Source: Ensifer sp. (lineage in GTDB: Bacteria; Pseudomonadota; Alphaproteobacteria; Rhizobiales; Rhizobiaceae). Taken from it: a DNA stretch of 64,000 nt. The position numbers and the translations under genes are program-made. Location: NCBI GenBank assembly GCA_050306195.1, contig JBNLGT010000003.1, positions 1,606-65,605 on the forward strand. The letters are read 5' to 3'. The notes beneath the pieces were generated by a model that saw only the letters and a list, made by a program, of their open reading frames with translations, was not told where the DNA came from and did not search any database. Positions within the stretch are counted from its first letter, which is position 1; every line of letters starts with the position of its first letter. Of this stretch, positions 43,101 through 53,603 are shown in pieces.

Positions 43101-44495
43101 ATGGCCGAAGACAAAAAGACTTCAAACCAGATGTGGGGCGGACGCTTCGCCTCGGGACCCGATGCGATCATGGAGGAGATCAACGCCTCCATAGGCTTCG
43201 ACCAGAAGCTCTATACGCAAGACATTGACGGCTCCATAGCGCACGCCACCATGCTTGCTTCAAAGGGCATCATCAAGGATAGCGACCTTGAACAAATTGT
43301 CGCCGGACTGAACACCATTCGGGAAGAAATCGAAAGCGGCAAATTTGAGTTCTCACGCAAACTTGAAGATATTCATATGAATATCGAAGCGCGTTTGCGT
43401 GATCTGATCGGCGCTGCCGCAGGCCGCCTGCATACAGCGCGTTCGCGCAACGATCAGGTTGCCGTCGATTTTCGCCTGTGGACCAAACAGGAAATGGCAA
43501 AGACAGAAAAGGCCCTGACCCGCCTTATCGCCGCCTTCCTCGATCGCGCTGAAGAACATGCAGCAACTGTCATGCCCGGCTTCACCCACCTGCAGACAGC
43601 ACAGCCGGTTACATTCGGGCATCATTGCATGGCCTATGTCGAAATGTTCGGCCGTGACCGGGAGCGCATGCGCCACGCAATCGAACATCTGGACGAAAGT
43701 CCGCTGGGCGCGGCAGCCCTAGCTGGCACACCTTATCCCATTGACCGGCACATGACAGCCAAGGCACTTGGCTTTCGTGAACCGACGCGCAATTCCATAG
43801 ATACGGTTTCAGATCGCGATTTCGCACTGGAATTTCTGTCTGTGGCGTCCATTTGCGCCACGCACCTGTCAAGGCTGGCAGAGGAAATTGTGATCTGGTC
43901 TACCCCGCAATTCGGCTTCATCCGCCTGTCGGATGCATTCTCCACCGGCTCGTCCATCATGCCGCAAAAGAAAAACCCGGATGCCGCAGAGCTTGTGCGC
44001 GCCAAGACAGTTCGTATCAATGGCGCGCTGATCGCTCTTCTGACAGTCATGAAAGGTCTTCCATTGGCCTATTCCAAGGATATGCAGGAAGACAAGGAAC
44101 AGGTCTTCGACGCGGCCGCCAGCCTGGAGCTGGCGATTGCCGCCATGACCGGTATGGTGCGCGATCTTGCCGTCAATGAGGAAAATATGCGCAAGGCGGC
44201 AGGCTCCGGCTATTCCACCGCTACGGATCTGGCTGACTGGCTCGTCCGCGAACTGGGCCTGCCCTTCCGCGATGCGCATCATGTCACGGGTCGCGCTGTT
44301 GCTGCTGCGGAGGCCAAGGGTTCAGATCTCGCCGGATTGACCCTTGAGGAGCTGCAATCCATCCACGACGGTATTACCGATGACATCTACAATGTATTGA
44401 CTGTCGATGCATCCGTTGCCAGCCGCAAGAGCTTCGGCGGTACGGCGCCTGATCAGGTGCGCGCACAAATCGCCTACTGGCGGGATCGTGTTTGA
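43101..44495 (+). CDS. argH: Argininosuccinate lyase
   Basis: [30 protein letters not shown]. Confidence 0.97.
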   Translation: MAEDKKTSNQMWGGRFASGPDAIMEEINASIGFDQKLYTQDIDGSIAHATMLASKGIIKDSDLEQIVAGLNTIREEIESGKFEFSRKLEDIHMNIEARLRDLIGAAAGRLHTARSRNDQVAVDFRLWTKQEMAKTEKALTRLIAAFLDRAEEHAATVMPGFTHLQTAQPVTFGHHCMAYVEMFGRDRERMRHAIEHLDESPLGAAALAGTPYPIDRHMTAKALGFREPTRNSIDTVSDRDFALEFLSVASICATHLSRLAEEIVIWSTPQFGFIRLSDAFSTGSSIMPQKKNPDAAELVRAKTVRINGALIALLTVMKGLPLAYSKDMQEDKEQVFDAAASLELAIAAMTGMVRDLAVNEENMRKAAGSGYSTATDLADWLVRELGLPFRDAHHVTGRAVAAAEAKGSDLAGLTLEELQSIHDGITDDIYNVLTVDASVASRKSFGGTAPDQVRAQIAYWRDRV

Positions 44496-44599
44496 TCCCG
44501 CATTCATTTCCCCTGTTGATATTGCTTCAACAGGATTGGGATGCAAAATGCGATGCAATCCGCTATGAAAGTCACAAAAGCTGACGGCACGGGAAGATC

Positions 44600-44797
44600 A
44601 TGCTTCAAAATTTGCGTAAGATTTCAATCGCTATAATCCTCGGATTGTTTGCAGCAGGTGTGCTCTCCGGCTGCGGCAGGAAAGGTGATCCCGAGGCGCC
44701 GACAGCATATGACACAGTCAACAAACGCACCGGGACAGTGTCAGACACAACAAATGATACGGAAGAAAAGTCCTTCTTCCTGGATCCCTTGCTTTAA
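44600..44797 (+). CDS. lptM: Small lipoprotein, LptM/YifL family
   Basis: LSGCGRKG lipobox, C-terminal FFLDPLL; upstream of lysA. Confidence 0.75.
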   Translation: MLQNLRKISIAIILGLFAAGVLSGCGRKGDPEAPTAYDTVNKRTGTVSDTTNDTEEKSFFLDPLL

Positions 44798-44809
44798 CGG
44801 AATTTTGCC

Positions 44810-46075
44810 TTGAACCATTTCGAATATCGAGACGGCGTTCTCTACGCCGAAGATGTACCGGTGCCAGAAATCGCCGCACAAGTTGGCACGCCTTTTTATC
44901 TCTATTCCAGCGCCACGCTGGAACGTCACTACACGGTATATGCTGAAGCATTCGAAGGCCTCGACTCTTTAGTCTGCTACGCAATGAAGGCCAATTCCAA
45001 TCAAGCTGTGCTCAAGACATTAGGCCGTCTCGGTGCTGGCATCGACGTGGTTTCAGAAGGCGAGCTACGCCGCGCGCTCGCCGCCGGTATTCCCGCCTCT
45101 CGCATTATGTTTTCCGGTGTTGGGAAGACCGCACGCGAGATGGATTTTGCCCTGTCGGAAGAAATCTACTGCTTTAATGTGGAATCCGAGCCGGAGCTTG
45201 AAGCGCTCAGCGCCCGTGCTGCTGCCCTCGGCAAACGGGCCCCCGTCTCCATCCGCATCAACCCGGATGTCGACGCCAAGACCCACGCCAAAATCTCAAC
45301 CGGCAAGAAGGAAAACAAGTTCGGTATTTCCTATGAGCGTGCTCGTGAGGTCTACGCCCGCGCCGCCCAATTGCCGGGCTTGAAGCTCAGCGGCATCGAT
45401 ATGCATATCGGCAGCCAGATTACAGATCTCCAGCCGTTCAACGACGCTTTCAAGCTGCTGCGTGAACTGGTTGAAACGCTACGCGCCGATGGCCATGCGA
45501 TCGACCACCTCGATATCGGCGGCGGTCTGGGTATTCCTTACACGGAATCCAACACGCTTCCACCGTTACCGGCCGAATACGCCAAAGTGGCGCATAATCA
45601 GCTCGGTGACCTTGGTTGCAAGATCGTTGCTGAACCCGGTCGTTTGATTGCAGGCAATGCGGGTATCCTTGTTACCGAAGTCATCTACGTTAAGGATGCC
45701 GATGAAAAGGCCTTCATTATTGTCGATGCGGCTATGAATGACCTCATTCGCCCGACGCTCTATGAAGCTTACCACACAATCAAACCGGTTAAGCTCCCCG
45801 AGATGGATGCACCCCGAATAACGGCGGACATTGTCGGTCCGGTTTGCGAGAGCGGGGATTTCCTCGGCCTGGATCGCGAAATGGCGCGTCCGCAGCCAGG
45901 CGACCTCCTTGCCGTCGGCTCCGCCGGCGCTTATGGCGCCGTGCAGGCAGGCACCTATAACAGCCGTCTGCTTGTACCTGAGGTCCTCGTAAAGGGCGAC
46001 GCCTGGCACACAATACGCCCGCGACCAACCTATGACGACCTCATCGGCCTCGATTCCGTACCCGATTGGCTATAA
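44810..46075 (+). CDS. lysA: Diaminopimelate decarboxylase
   Basis: YAMKAN, HIGSQ, DIGGG, EPGR, GPVCESGD, GAYG. Confidence 0.97.
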   Translation: MNHFEYRDGVLYAEDVPVPEIAAQVGTPFYLYSSATLERHYTVYAEAFEGLDSLVCYAMKANSNQAVLKTLGRLGAGIDVVSEGELRRALAAGIPASRIMFSGVGKTAREMDFALSEEIYCFNVESEPELEALSARAAALGKRAPVSIRINPDVDAKTHAKISTGKKENKFGISYERAREVYARAAQLPGLKLSGIDMHIGSQITDLQPFNDAFKLLRELVETLRADGHAIDHLDIGGGLGIPYTESNTLPPLPAEYAKVAHNQLGDLGCKIVAEPGRLIAGNAGILVTEVIYVKDADEKAFIIVDAAMNDLIRPTLYEAYHTIKPVKLPEMDAPRITADIVGPVCESGDFLGLDREMARPQPGDLLAVGSAGAYGAVQAGTYNSRLLVPEVLVKGDAWHTIRPRPTYDDLIGLDSVPDWL

Positions 46076-46127
46076 ACCGGCTCGCAACTATTGGGAACAG
46101 AACAAGCTGCAAAACCACGTCATCGCG

Positions 46128-46373
46128 GAGCTCGATATTGAAGTCGTTATCGTTCCCGGCGACAGCCCCCTAAAAGATGCCTCTGTGGAAGAAATCGAGG
46201 CGCGGTCCGAAGGTCAGTTCTTCATTGTACAAATCAACCGTCAGAACGGGGATGTCATTCACATTTCAGACCGCAGCCAGACGGTACAGGGTGGAGACGG
46301 CATCGTAATTCTTGGCCGAAGCGCAAACGCAGCGCGCACAATGTTTGAAACGGCTGCAAAACTGGCTGGATGA
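46128..46373 (+). pseudogene. Orphan TrkA-C/RCK_C domain (C-terminus of a potassium-channel-type protein)
   Basis: ELDIEVVIVPGDSPLKDASVEEIE...FFIVQINRQNGDVI...TVQGGDGIVILGR resembles RCK_C. There is no in-frame ATG/GTG/TTG between the lysA stop and the start of the domain. Confidence 0.6.
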
Positions 46374-46458
46374 AACTTGCATTCGGTCACGCCTTTGTGC
46401 CTCGCGAATGCCGCAAAGCGTGTTATTCTTTGCCCATCGCATGAATCGGAGAGGCTGA

Positions 46459-49008
46459 ATGGCTGAACGCCGCAAGCAGGACGCAGCGATTTCGACTGTG
46501 GTCCACCGGATCGCACGGCATCGTCTGTCGGCCAAATGGGTTCTTTTTACCGAAGCCCTATTGCCTCGCCTCCTCTGGCCGGTTTCCATCGGATTTGTTT
46601 TCGTCGCCATCTCCTGGTTCGGCGTCTTTCATCTCATGCCGCCGCTCGCAAGCTGGCTGCTTTTGGCCATTCTCGCCCTCGCCGGACTTTATTCGCTGAA
46701 AGGTTTTGGCAGTCTGCATTGGCCAAGCGACCAACAGGCTGACCGTAGGCTCGAGAAGCAGAACGGTCTTGCTCATCAGGCCGTTTCCATGTTGTCGGAC
46801 AGGCCCGCCATAGACAACCCGCAGGCGCGCGCGCTTTGGGAAGCACACCGACAGAGACTGGCAAGAAAGATAAAACGGCTGGAAGCCGGAAACCCTGAAC
46901 CGGGCATATCGACGTTTGACCCCTACGGCCTTCGTGTTCTGCCGGTACTGGCTGCTGTTGTGGCCTTCGGCTTTTCCTATTCAAATCAGGGTGGTCGCCT
47001 CTCGGACGCATTCCGGATCAGGGCGGACGACCCTTCAAAGGTTGAGCTTCGCGCAGACGCCTGGGTGACCCCGCCAGCTTATACCGGGAAAGCGCCAATT
47101 TTTCTGACCGCCGGGAGCCTGCCTGATGCCGCCTTGGTCATACCCGAAAATTCCGAACTGACAGTACGCCTTTCCGGTGGAGGCTACCATGAAGGCGAAA
47201 TCACCTATCAAACGGCAAGCAGCAAAACACCCGCGCCCCTTATTCCCGAGAAGACTGGCGCGGCAAAAGGAAATTCACCAAAGCCAACAGAGGAAAACCG
47301 CACCTACCTGCTCAAACTCGTGTCAGACGGCACACTCGCAGTAAACGGTAACAGCTGGCAGTTTTCTATTCTCAAGGACAAACAGCCGGAGATAACCTTT
47401 GAAAAAGATCCGGCCCAAGCAGTCAGCGGCGCGCTGGAAATTTCTTACACCGCCAAGGACGATTACGGTATCGAAAGTGCGCGCGCCATTATTGAGCCCG
47501 CCGACCCGGAAGATGCCGCCCACCCGCTCTACCCGCCTCCTGAATACCGGCTCGATCTGCCCAAGCGAAATAGCCGCGATGTTAGCGGGCTCACGAGCCG
47601 CAACCTCACCGAACACCCGCTTTCCGGGAAGCGCGTAAAAATAACGCTTGTCGCAAAAGACAATGCAGGACAGGAAGGCCGTAGCCGTTCAAAAGAGATA
47701 ATTCTTCCCGCCCGCAGCTTTAACAAACTTCTAGCAGCGGCGGTCGCTGAAGAGCGCCAGGTTTTTTCACTCGACATCAGCAAGCTTGACTGGGCGATCA
47801 AGCTCAATCAAGCGCTTTTCCTTAGGCCAGACGAGGCATTTGAAAGCCTGACGCACTTTCTCCTGCTGCAATCGGCTGGCGCGCGCATGAAGCTCGCCCA
47901 CGATGAGGAAAGCCTCAAGGACACAGCTGACTATCTCTGGGAAATTGCACTCGGCATCGAGGACGGCAACCTGTCTTTGGCGGAACGTCGCCTGCGCGAC
48001 GCTCAACAGGCGCTGGCTGACGCACTTGAGCGCAAGGCCGGAGATGAGGAAATCCGCCAGCTTATGCAGGACCTGCGCGACGCTCTGAACCAATATATGC
48101 AGGCGCTGGCCGAACAGTTGCGCAATAATCCTGACACCAGCGACCGTCAGCAGGATATGGCCAACATTCTTCGGCAACAGGATCTCGAACGCATGTTGGA
48201 TCAGATTGAAAATCTGGCGCAAAGCGGATCGCGCGAACAGGCAATGAACCTGCTTTCTGAAATGCAGCGCATGCTCAACAACCTGCAAACGGCGCAGCCG
48301 CGCGGCGGGCAACCGCAAAACAATGAAATGCGCAAGCAAATCGACAAATTGGGAGAGCTTCTGCAAAATCAGAAGTCGCTCATGGACCAGACCTTTGAAC
48401 TGGAACAGGCATTGCGTGATCGTTTACAGCGCGGTGATCCCGGGGAAAGAGAAGAGGACGGCGACCCTTCTGATCAAAGCCAAAAACCCAACGGCTCTTC
48501 GCTCGACAATTTGACGGCGGAAGAATTGAAGGACGCACTGAAAAAGCTTCGCGAACAGCAAAAAGGGCTCGGCGAGCAACTGGGACAACTGCAGGAGGGG
48601 CTGCGGAAGCAGGGTGTCAAACCGCTGCCAGGCTTCAGCGAGGCAGGCCGGGAAATGGGCCAGGCCGCCGACGCGCTTGGCAAGGGCCAAGGCGGTCCGG
48701 CTGTCGGCAGCCAGGGCCGCGCGATGGAGGCACTGCGTCAAGGCGCGTCAGAGCTCATGCAACAGCTGTCCCAGAACGGTCGCGGGCAGGGACAAGCACT
48801 CAGCCAACCCGGCCAGCAGGGCTATGACCCCCTTGGCAGGCCACTCAAGTCCAACGGTCCTGATTTTGGTGAAAATGTAAAAGTACCGGAAGAAATCGAT
48901 ATTCAGCGTGCACGCGAAATTCTCGAAACCATCCGTCGCAAGCTCGGCGAAAATATCAGCCCGGAAATCGAACGCCTCTATCTCGAACGGCTTCTGGACA
49001 TCAAATAG
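46459..49008 (+). CDS. TIGR02302/DUF4175 family protein
   Basis: N-terminal TMs, DAWVTPPAYTG, DDYG, LWEIALGIEDG, Q/G-rich coiled coils, DPLGR, YLERLL. Confidence 0.9.
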   Translation: MAERRKQDAAISTVVHRIARHRLSAKWVLFTEALLPRLLWPVSIGFVFVAISWFGVFHLMPPLASWLLLAILALAGLYSLKGFGSLHWPSDQQADRRLEKQNGLAHQAVSMLSDRPAIDNPQARALWEAHRQRLARKIKRLEAGNPEPGISTFDPYGLRVLPVLAAVVAFGFSYSNQGGRLSDAFRIRADDPSKVELRADAWVTPPAYTGKAPIFLTAGSLPDAALVIPENSELTVRLSGGGYHEGEITYQTASSKTPAPLIPEKTGAAKGNSPKPTEENRTYLLKLVSDGTLAVNGNSWQFSILKDKQPEITFEKDPAQAVSGALEISYTAKDDYGIESARAIIEPADPEDAAHPLYPPPEYRLDLPKRNSRDVSGLTSRNLTEHPLSGKRVKITLVAKDNAGQEGRSRSKEIILPARSFNKLLAAAVAEERQVFSLDISKLDWAIKLNQALFLRPDEAFESLTHFLLLQSAGARMKLAHDEESLKDTADYLWEIALGIEDGNLSLAERRLRDAQQALADALERKAGDEEIRQLMQDLRDALNQYMQALAEQLRNNPDTSDRQQDMANILRQQDLERMLDQIENLAQSGSREQAMNLLSEMQRMLNNLQTAQPRGGQPQNNEMRKQIDKLGELLQNQKSLMDQTFELEQALRDRLQRGDPGEREEDGDPSDQSQKPNGSSLDNLTAEELKDALKKLREQQKGLGEQLGQLQEGLRKQGVKPLPGFSEAGREMGQAADALGKGQGGPAVGSQGRAMEALRQGASELMQQLSQNGRGQGQALSQPGQQGYDPLGRPLKSNGPDFGENVKVPEEIDIQRAREILETIRRKLGENISPEIERLYLERLLDIK

Positions 49009-49029
49009 GACAGTCAGCGCGGTCCAAGA

Positions 49030-49389
49030 TCAGGAGGCCAGGGCCTGCGCAACTGCGAGCCGGATATCGGGAAGCGTGAAAGGTTTCGGCACGACGTCGA
49101 CAATCTTTCGCGCAAGATCATCCGCGCGTTCGCGCTGTTCAGCATAACCCGTCATGAGAAGGATTTTGAGTTCCGGATATCCATCTGCTGCGCGGTGCGC
49201 CAGCTCAATTCCATCCATCACCGGCATACGGATATCAGAAAGCAGAAGGTCAAATTCACCCTCCTGCAAAATCTCAAGCCCCTCAGCGCCATCCGCCGCT
49301 TCAATGGTTTCGTGGCCATCCAGCCGCAAAGCACGGGCAACAAAAGAACGCAGGGCATCCTCATCTTCGGTTATCAGAATTCTGGCCAC
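49030..49389 (-). CDS. cpdR: Single-domain response regulator, CpdR family (CpdR2-like)
   Basis: Stand-alone REC: ITEDE, LLLSDIRMPVMDGIELA, MTGY, KPF; adjacent to hpt. Confidence 0.75.
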   Translation of the reverse strand: MARILITEDEDALRSFVARALRLDGHETIEAADGAEGLEILQEGEFDLLLSDIRMPVMDGIELAHRAADGYPELKILLMTGYAEQRERADDLARKIVDVVPKPFTLPDIRLAVAQALAS

Positions 49390-49595
49390 GCGTTGCTCCC
49401 TGTTTCTTCTGCTTCGCTAACAACAGAAAACACCAGAGTTTCCTTTTATCCGCGTAAACAGGCAGGGTAAATTTTTGGTTCCCATGGCCCAAATGGGCGC
49501 GGCACTGTGCCAATCTGGGCCACGATCAAGCTTTTTGTCTTTGTTTGCAACATGACGCTGTTGTTCAATGGAGGACTGTTGCAAGCGGTAGATGC

Positions 49596-50138
49596 TCAGG
49601 AGTCACCCTTGACCACGCCGACAAAAGGCAGTTCGCGGAACGCGTAGGCGACGTCCATTCCGTAACCGACGACAAAATAATCCGGACATTCAAAACCGAC
49701 ATAATCAGCTTCCAGTTTTTCCTGCCGTTTCACACTCTTATCAAGCAGAACCGCTATGGAAACATGGCGTGCACCGCGTTCATACATCAGATCACGGGCA
49801 AATTGCAGCGTCCGGCCAGATTCCAGGATATCGTCGATTAGAAGGATATCGCGATCCTTTACGTCGCTGTCGATATCCTTGATGATTTTGACACCCTTCG
49901 ACACCGTGCCGGTTCCGTAGCTGGACAGCGTAATGAACTCGACTTCCGGTTCCAGACCGGCCTTGTGCAACGCGCGGATCAAATCTGCAGCAAAAACGAA
50001 AGAGCCCTTCAGCACCGAAATAACCAGCAGATCTTTCACTGGCCCTGCGGCAATCTCGGCGGCCAGAGTATTATTGCGTTCCTGAATGTCTTCCGCGGTG
50101 AACAAGGGTTCAATAATTTTTCCGCGAACAACAGGCAT
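49596..50138 (-). CDS. hpt: Hypoxanthine phosphoribosyltransferase
   Basis: VLKGSFVF, LIDDILESGRT, FVVGYGMD. Confidence 0.95.
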   Translation of the reverse strand: MPVVRGKIIEPLFTAEDIQERNNTLAAEIAAGPVKDLLVISVLKGSFVFAADLIRALHKAGLEPEVEFITLSSYGTGTVSKGVKIIKDIDSDVKDRDILLIDDILESGRTLQFARDLMYERGARHVSIAVLLDKSVKRQEKLEADYVGFECPDYFVVGYGMDVAYAFRELPFVGVVKGDS

Positions 50139-50209
50139 GCAATTTCTCCGGTCTTATCAATTCCGGCCCGCCATTTGCCCAGCGCACCTCACGACCCGTC
50201 TTAACATGT

Positions 50210-50878
50210 TCAAAAGGAGCCTGCATCCGCGGATACCCGCACCTTGGGGACTTTTCCACCGGGATGGGGCAACTTGAGGGCGAACGCCGCGGATTTACCG
50301 GCAGCTATAACCGGTTCATCCAGTTTAAAAACGGTGATTGATGGAGAATCACCCGCATTATCAAACTCAGCAGCCAGACGGGGAGCAGGCAGATCATACC
50401 CGGTCACATTCTCCACCTGACCATTCACTTCCAGAATGCGCAGTCCGCTGGAATCAACAACAGATGTGGCCACATTCGATATGGTCACCCCGCCCGGTGC
50501 AATTGCCGTAGTGTCCAGCGGTTGACCACGTGAAAGAAACAGGACCACTGCAAAAACAACAAAGACGCTTGCCGTCACCACCGCAGCAAAGCTGCGTGTC
50601 CCCATGCGCGACAGCGTATTTTCCGCAACGCCAACTGTAGCGCGCAAGGCAGTCACCGCCCAGTGCGCATCCCTCACAACCGGCCGGCTTCGCCATTGGT
50701 TGTCATTCAACACCTTGTAATGGGCCCTTAAAGGGGAGCGAATAACTTCAAATTCCGCATCTTCAACCTCTCCCTTGCGCTGCACGGCGCGTGCGGAGTG
50801 GTGCTTGACAGGCACATGCTCGGGAGGGAGGAAGTCGTAACCGCGATCTTGTCTGCGTGAAAAATTCGGAGCATTCAT
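50210..50878 (-). CDS. Hypothetical bitopic membrane protein with an Ig-like (DUF3426-like) C-terminal domain
   Basis: VEDAEFEV motif, one TM segment, beta-rich LEVNGQVEN domain; divergent from ftsE; start set at MNAPN. Confidence 0.65.
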   Translation of the reverse strand: MNAPNFSRRQDRGYDFLPPEHVPVKHHSARAVQRKGEVEDAEFEVIRSPLRAHYKVLNDNQWRSRPVVRDAHWAVTALRATVGVAENTLSRMGTRSFAAVVTASVFVVFAVVLFLSRGQPLDTTAIAPGGVTISNVATSVVDSSGLRILEVNGQVENVTGYDLPAPRLAAEFDNAGDSPSITVFKLDEPVIAAGKSAAFALKLPHPGGKVPKVRVSADAGSF

Positions 50879-50965
50879 GGCGTCGGCCCTGTTGGCTGTT
50901 CCCCCGAAAGACGTCACGCAAACAATCAGGGCATTGAAACGAATCCTTATGAGACGTAAACGATA

Positions 50966-50973
50966 ATGGTTAA
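50966..50973 (-). promoter_or_regulatory. CtrA half-site TTAACCAT
   Basis: ATGGTTAA in the divergent region upstream of ftsE. Confidence 0.45.
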
Positions 50974-51039
50974 TGCTTCGCAAAGCGGTGGACAGGCGAA
51001 GAAGACGTAACTGTCAACGATGAGGAAACCGGAGAGACC

Positions 51040-51699
51040 GTGATTCACTTCGAAAATGTCGGTTTGCGATACGGCCTGGGGCCGGAAATTCTGCGCGACC
51101 TGACATTAGATATTCCCGAGAGCTCCTTTCAGTTTCTCACCGGGCCTTCGGGCGCTGGCAAGACCACCCTTTTGAAACTCCTCTTCATGTCGCTGCAGCC
51201 AACGCGCGGCCTAATTCACATGTTCGGACGCGATATTTCCTCCATTCCACGGCGCGAATTACCAATCCTTCGCCGCCGGGTCGGCATCGTGTTTCAGGAT
51301 TTTCGCCTGCTTGATCACCTGACAACTTATGAAAACGTAGCCCTGCCGCTGCGCGTTCGCGGGAAGGATGAAGCAAGCTACAAAGCTGATGTGATTGAGC
51401 TGTTGAAATGGGTTGGTCTCGGTGAGCGGATCAATGTCCTGCCACCAGTGCTTTCGGGCGGAGAGAAACAACGCGTGGCGATCGCTCGCGCACTGATCGA
51501 CCGCCCGGAAATTCTGCTGGCCGACGAACCAACAGGGAATGTTGACCCGCCCATGGCGCGGCGTCTGTTAAGTCTTTTTCTGGAATTGAACCGCCAGGGA
51601 ACCGCTGTGGTCATCGCCACACATGATTTCTCGCTTATGGATCAGATCAACGCGCGCCGCATGATCCTTACCGAGGGGCAGTTGGAAATCTATGAGTGA
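51040..51699 (+). CDS. ftsE: Cell division ATP-binding protein
   Basis: GPSGAGKT, VFQDFRLL, LSGGEKQR, ADEPTGN. Confidence 0.95.
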   Translation: MIHFENVGLRYGLGPEILRDLTLDIPESSFQFLTGPSGAGKTTLLKLLFMSLQPTRGLIHMFGRDISSIPRRELPILRRRVGIVFQDFRLLDHLTTYENVALPLRVRGKDEASYKADVIELLKWVGLGERINVLPPVLSGGEKQRVAIARALIDRPEILLADEPTGNVDPPMARRLLSLFLELNRQGTAVVIATHDFSLMDQINARRMILTEGQLEIYE

Positions 51700-52702
51700 G
51701 ATCGAAGACAGGCCGATGGCGCCGAAACCGAATAGGCCAAAACGCCCGGAAGTAAAAATCCGCCCTCAGGGGTCTATCGTGCCGGCCGCCAATGTGCAGG
51801 GCACTGCCCTCATGGCTGTTATTGCGATCATGACGTTCCTCGCCTGCATCACACTTGGCGGCGTTTCCATGGTGCGCGCGACCGCCGCCAGCTGGCAAAG
51901 CCAGATATCACGCGAAATCACCATCCAGATCCGCCCGACCGATGGGCTGAATATGGACGCAGAGCTTGAGAACGCCCTTGAATTAGCACTCACATTCAAC
52001 GGGACCACCGGCGGCAAGATCGTCGACCGCGAAGCAACGGCAAGGCTTCTCGAACCATGGCTCGGCTCTGGCCTCAACATTGACGAACTTCCCGTCCCTC
52101 GACTGGTGATCGTAACCATTGACGAAAATGCTCCGCCAGATTTCGAACAGATGCGCGAGGTGCTGAAGGCCAAGATCCCACAAGCCTCGTTGGATGATCA
52201 CCGCACCTGGGTTGACCGGCTTGTCTCCATGGCGCGAACGACCGTTGCCATAGGCACAGGCATTCTCATCCTCGTCTTTTCCACCATGGTTCTCACCGTC
52301 GTCTTCGCCACCCGCGGCGCTTTGGCCGGAAACCGTCACATCGTTGAGGTTCTGCATTTCGTCGGAGCCGAAGCTTCATTCGTGGCCAATGAATTCCAGA
52401 AACACTTCCTGAAAATCAGCCTCAAGGGATCCTTCATTGGTGCTCTTCTCGCCGCATTGGCTTTTGCGCTTGCCTCCTGGTGGCAGACGCAGTCGCTGGC
52501 CACGCCCGAGAGCGATCAGGCCACTGCCCTTTTCGGCCAGTTCACACTTGGCCTGACAGGCTATTTTGGTATTGCTTTCACTTTGATGCTGATTGCTGGC
52601 CTGACAACACTCACCGCGCGATTGACTGTCATGCGCACAATTGATGAGATCGATCTCATTCGCTCCGATCCGGCAAAAACGGACATTTTGCTCTCACAAT
52701 GA
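51692..52702 (+). CDS. ftsX: Cell division permease
   Basis: 4-TM permease, LLEPWLG, IVEVLHFVGA; overlaps ftsE. Confidence 0.9.
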   Translation: MSEIEDRPMAPKPNRPKRPEVKIRPQGSIVPAANVQGTALMAVIAIMTFLACITLGGVSMVRATAASWQSQISREITIQIRPTDGLNMDAELENALELALTFNGTTGGKIVDREATARLLEPWLGSGLNIDELPVPRLVIVTIDENAPPDFEQMREVLKAKIPQASLDDHRTWVDRLVSMARTTVAIGTGILILVFSTMVLTVVFATRGALAGNRHIVEVLHFVGAEASFVANEFQKHFLKISLKGSFIGALLAALAFALASWWQTQSLATPESDQATALFGQFTLGLTGYFGIAFTLMLIAGLTTLTARLTVMRTIDEIDLIRSDPAKTDILLSQ

Positions 52703-52789
52703 CGTCACCTGGCCCAAGCCAATACAATTCCCTGTGCGCAATGGATATTGCCGCTTTTTTCTTGCCCAGATCGAACGTTATTCTGCGTC

Positions 52790-53494
52790 ATGCTTGACAG
52801 GAAGAAAGCAAACAACTGGGCACGACAAGCCGCCAGATCGGGCACACATCGCTCTGGCCGCTTCGGGAAATGGCGACTGTTGGTCTACGCCGCAATTCTT
52901 CTTGCAGGTCTCGCGATGGGTGGCTTCCTACGCTTTGCCGACACAGTGGCGAATCTAACCCCGCCACCCAACCCGAATGCCGATGCAATCGTTGTCCTGA
53001 CCGGTGGTTATCTGCGCATTGAACAAGCCGTTGCCCTGCTGGAATCAGGTGCGGGGAAACGGTTATTGATTTCCGGTGTTCACCCCAACACAACGGCCGG
53101 CGACATTAGAAAGCTTACGCGTGCTCCTGAAGCGATGTTCAGCTGCTGTGTGGATATTGGCCGTGAAGCGGTGGATACGATCGGCAATGCCAGCGAGACC
53201 GCCGCATGGGTCCACAAACACGGATATAAACGCGTCCTGGTCGTCACCAACAACTACCATATCCCTCGCAGCCTTATGGAATTGAGCTATACAGATCCGG
53301 ACACCGACTACATTGCCTATCCTGTCGTCAATTCGGATCTCAAGACCACAAACTGGATTACCCGGCCGGTCACCTTGCGCGCCATGCTCTCCGAATATGC
53401 AAAACTTTCGCTCGCGCAAATTCGCTCCGGCCTGGGGATTACCGGTCACAGCGGCCTACGTGGGACGACAGCAAGCACGGATACAGGCGTATAG
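52790..53494 (+). CDS. YdcF/DUF218 family protein
   Basis: DAIVVLTGG, LLISGV, DTIGNA, VTNNYHIPRS. Confidence 0.88.
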   Translation: MLDRKKANNWARQAARSGTHRSGRFGKWRLLVYAAILLAGLAMGGFLRFADTVANLTPPPNPNADAIVVLTGGYLRIEQAVALLESGAGKRLLISGVHPNTTAGDIRKLTRAPEAMFSCCVDIGREAVDTIGNASETAAWVHKHGYKRVLVVTNNYHIPRSLMELSYTDPDTDYIAYPVVNSDLKTTNWITRPVTLRAMLSEYAKLSLAQIRSGLGITGHSGLRGTTASTDTGV

Positions 53495-53603
53495 TTCCGA
53501 CATCCTACATTCTTTTTATTGAAGGAAAATTCGTGTAGGCAATCACGGGGTCCGGAACGAAACCAATACCGGAACGATAACGAATTCACGGGGTGGGTTT
53601 TCG

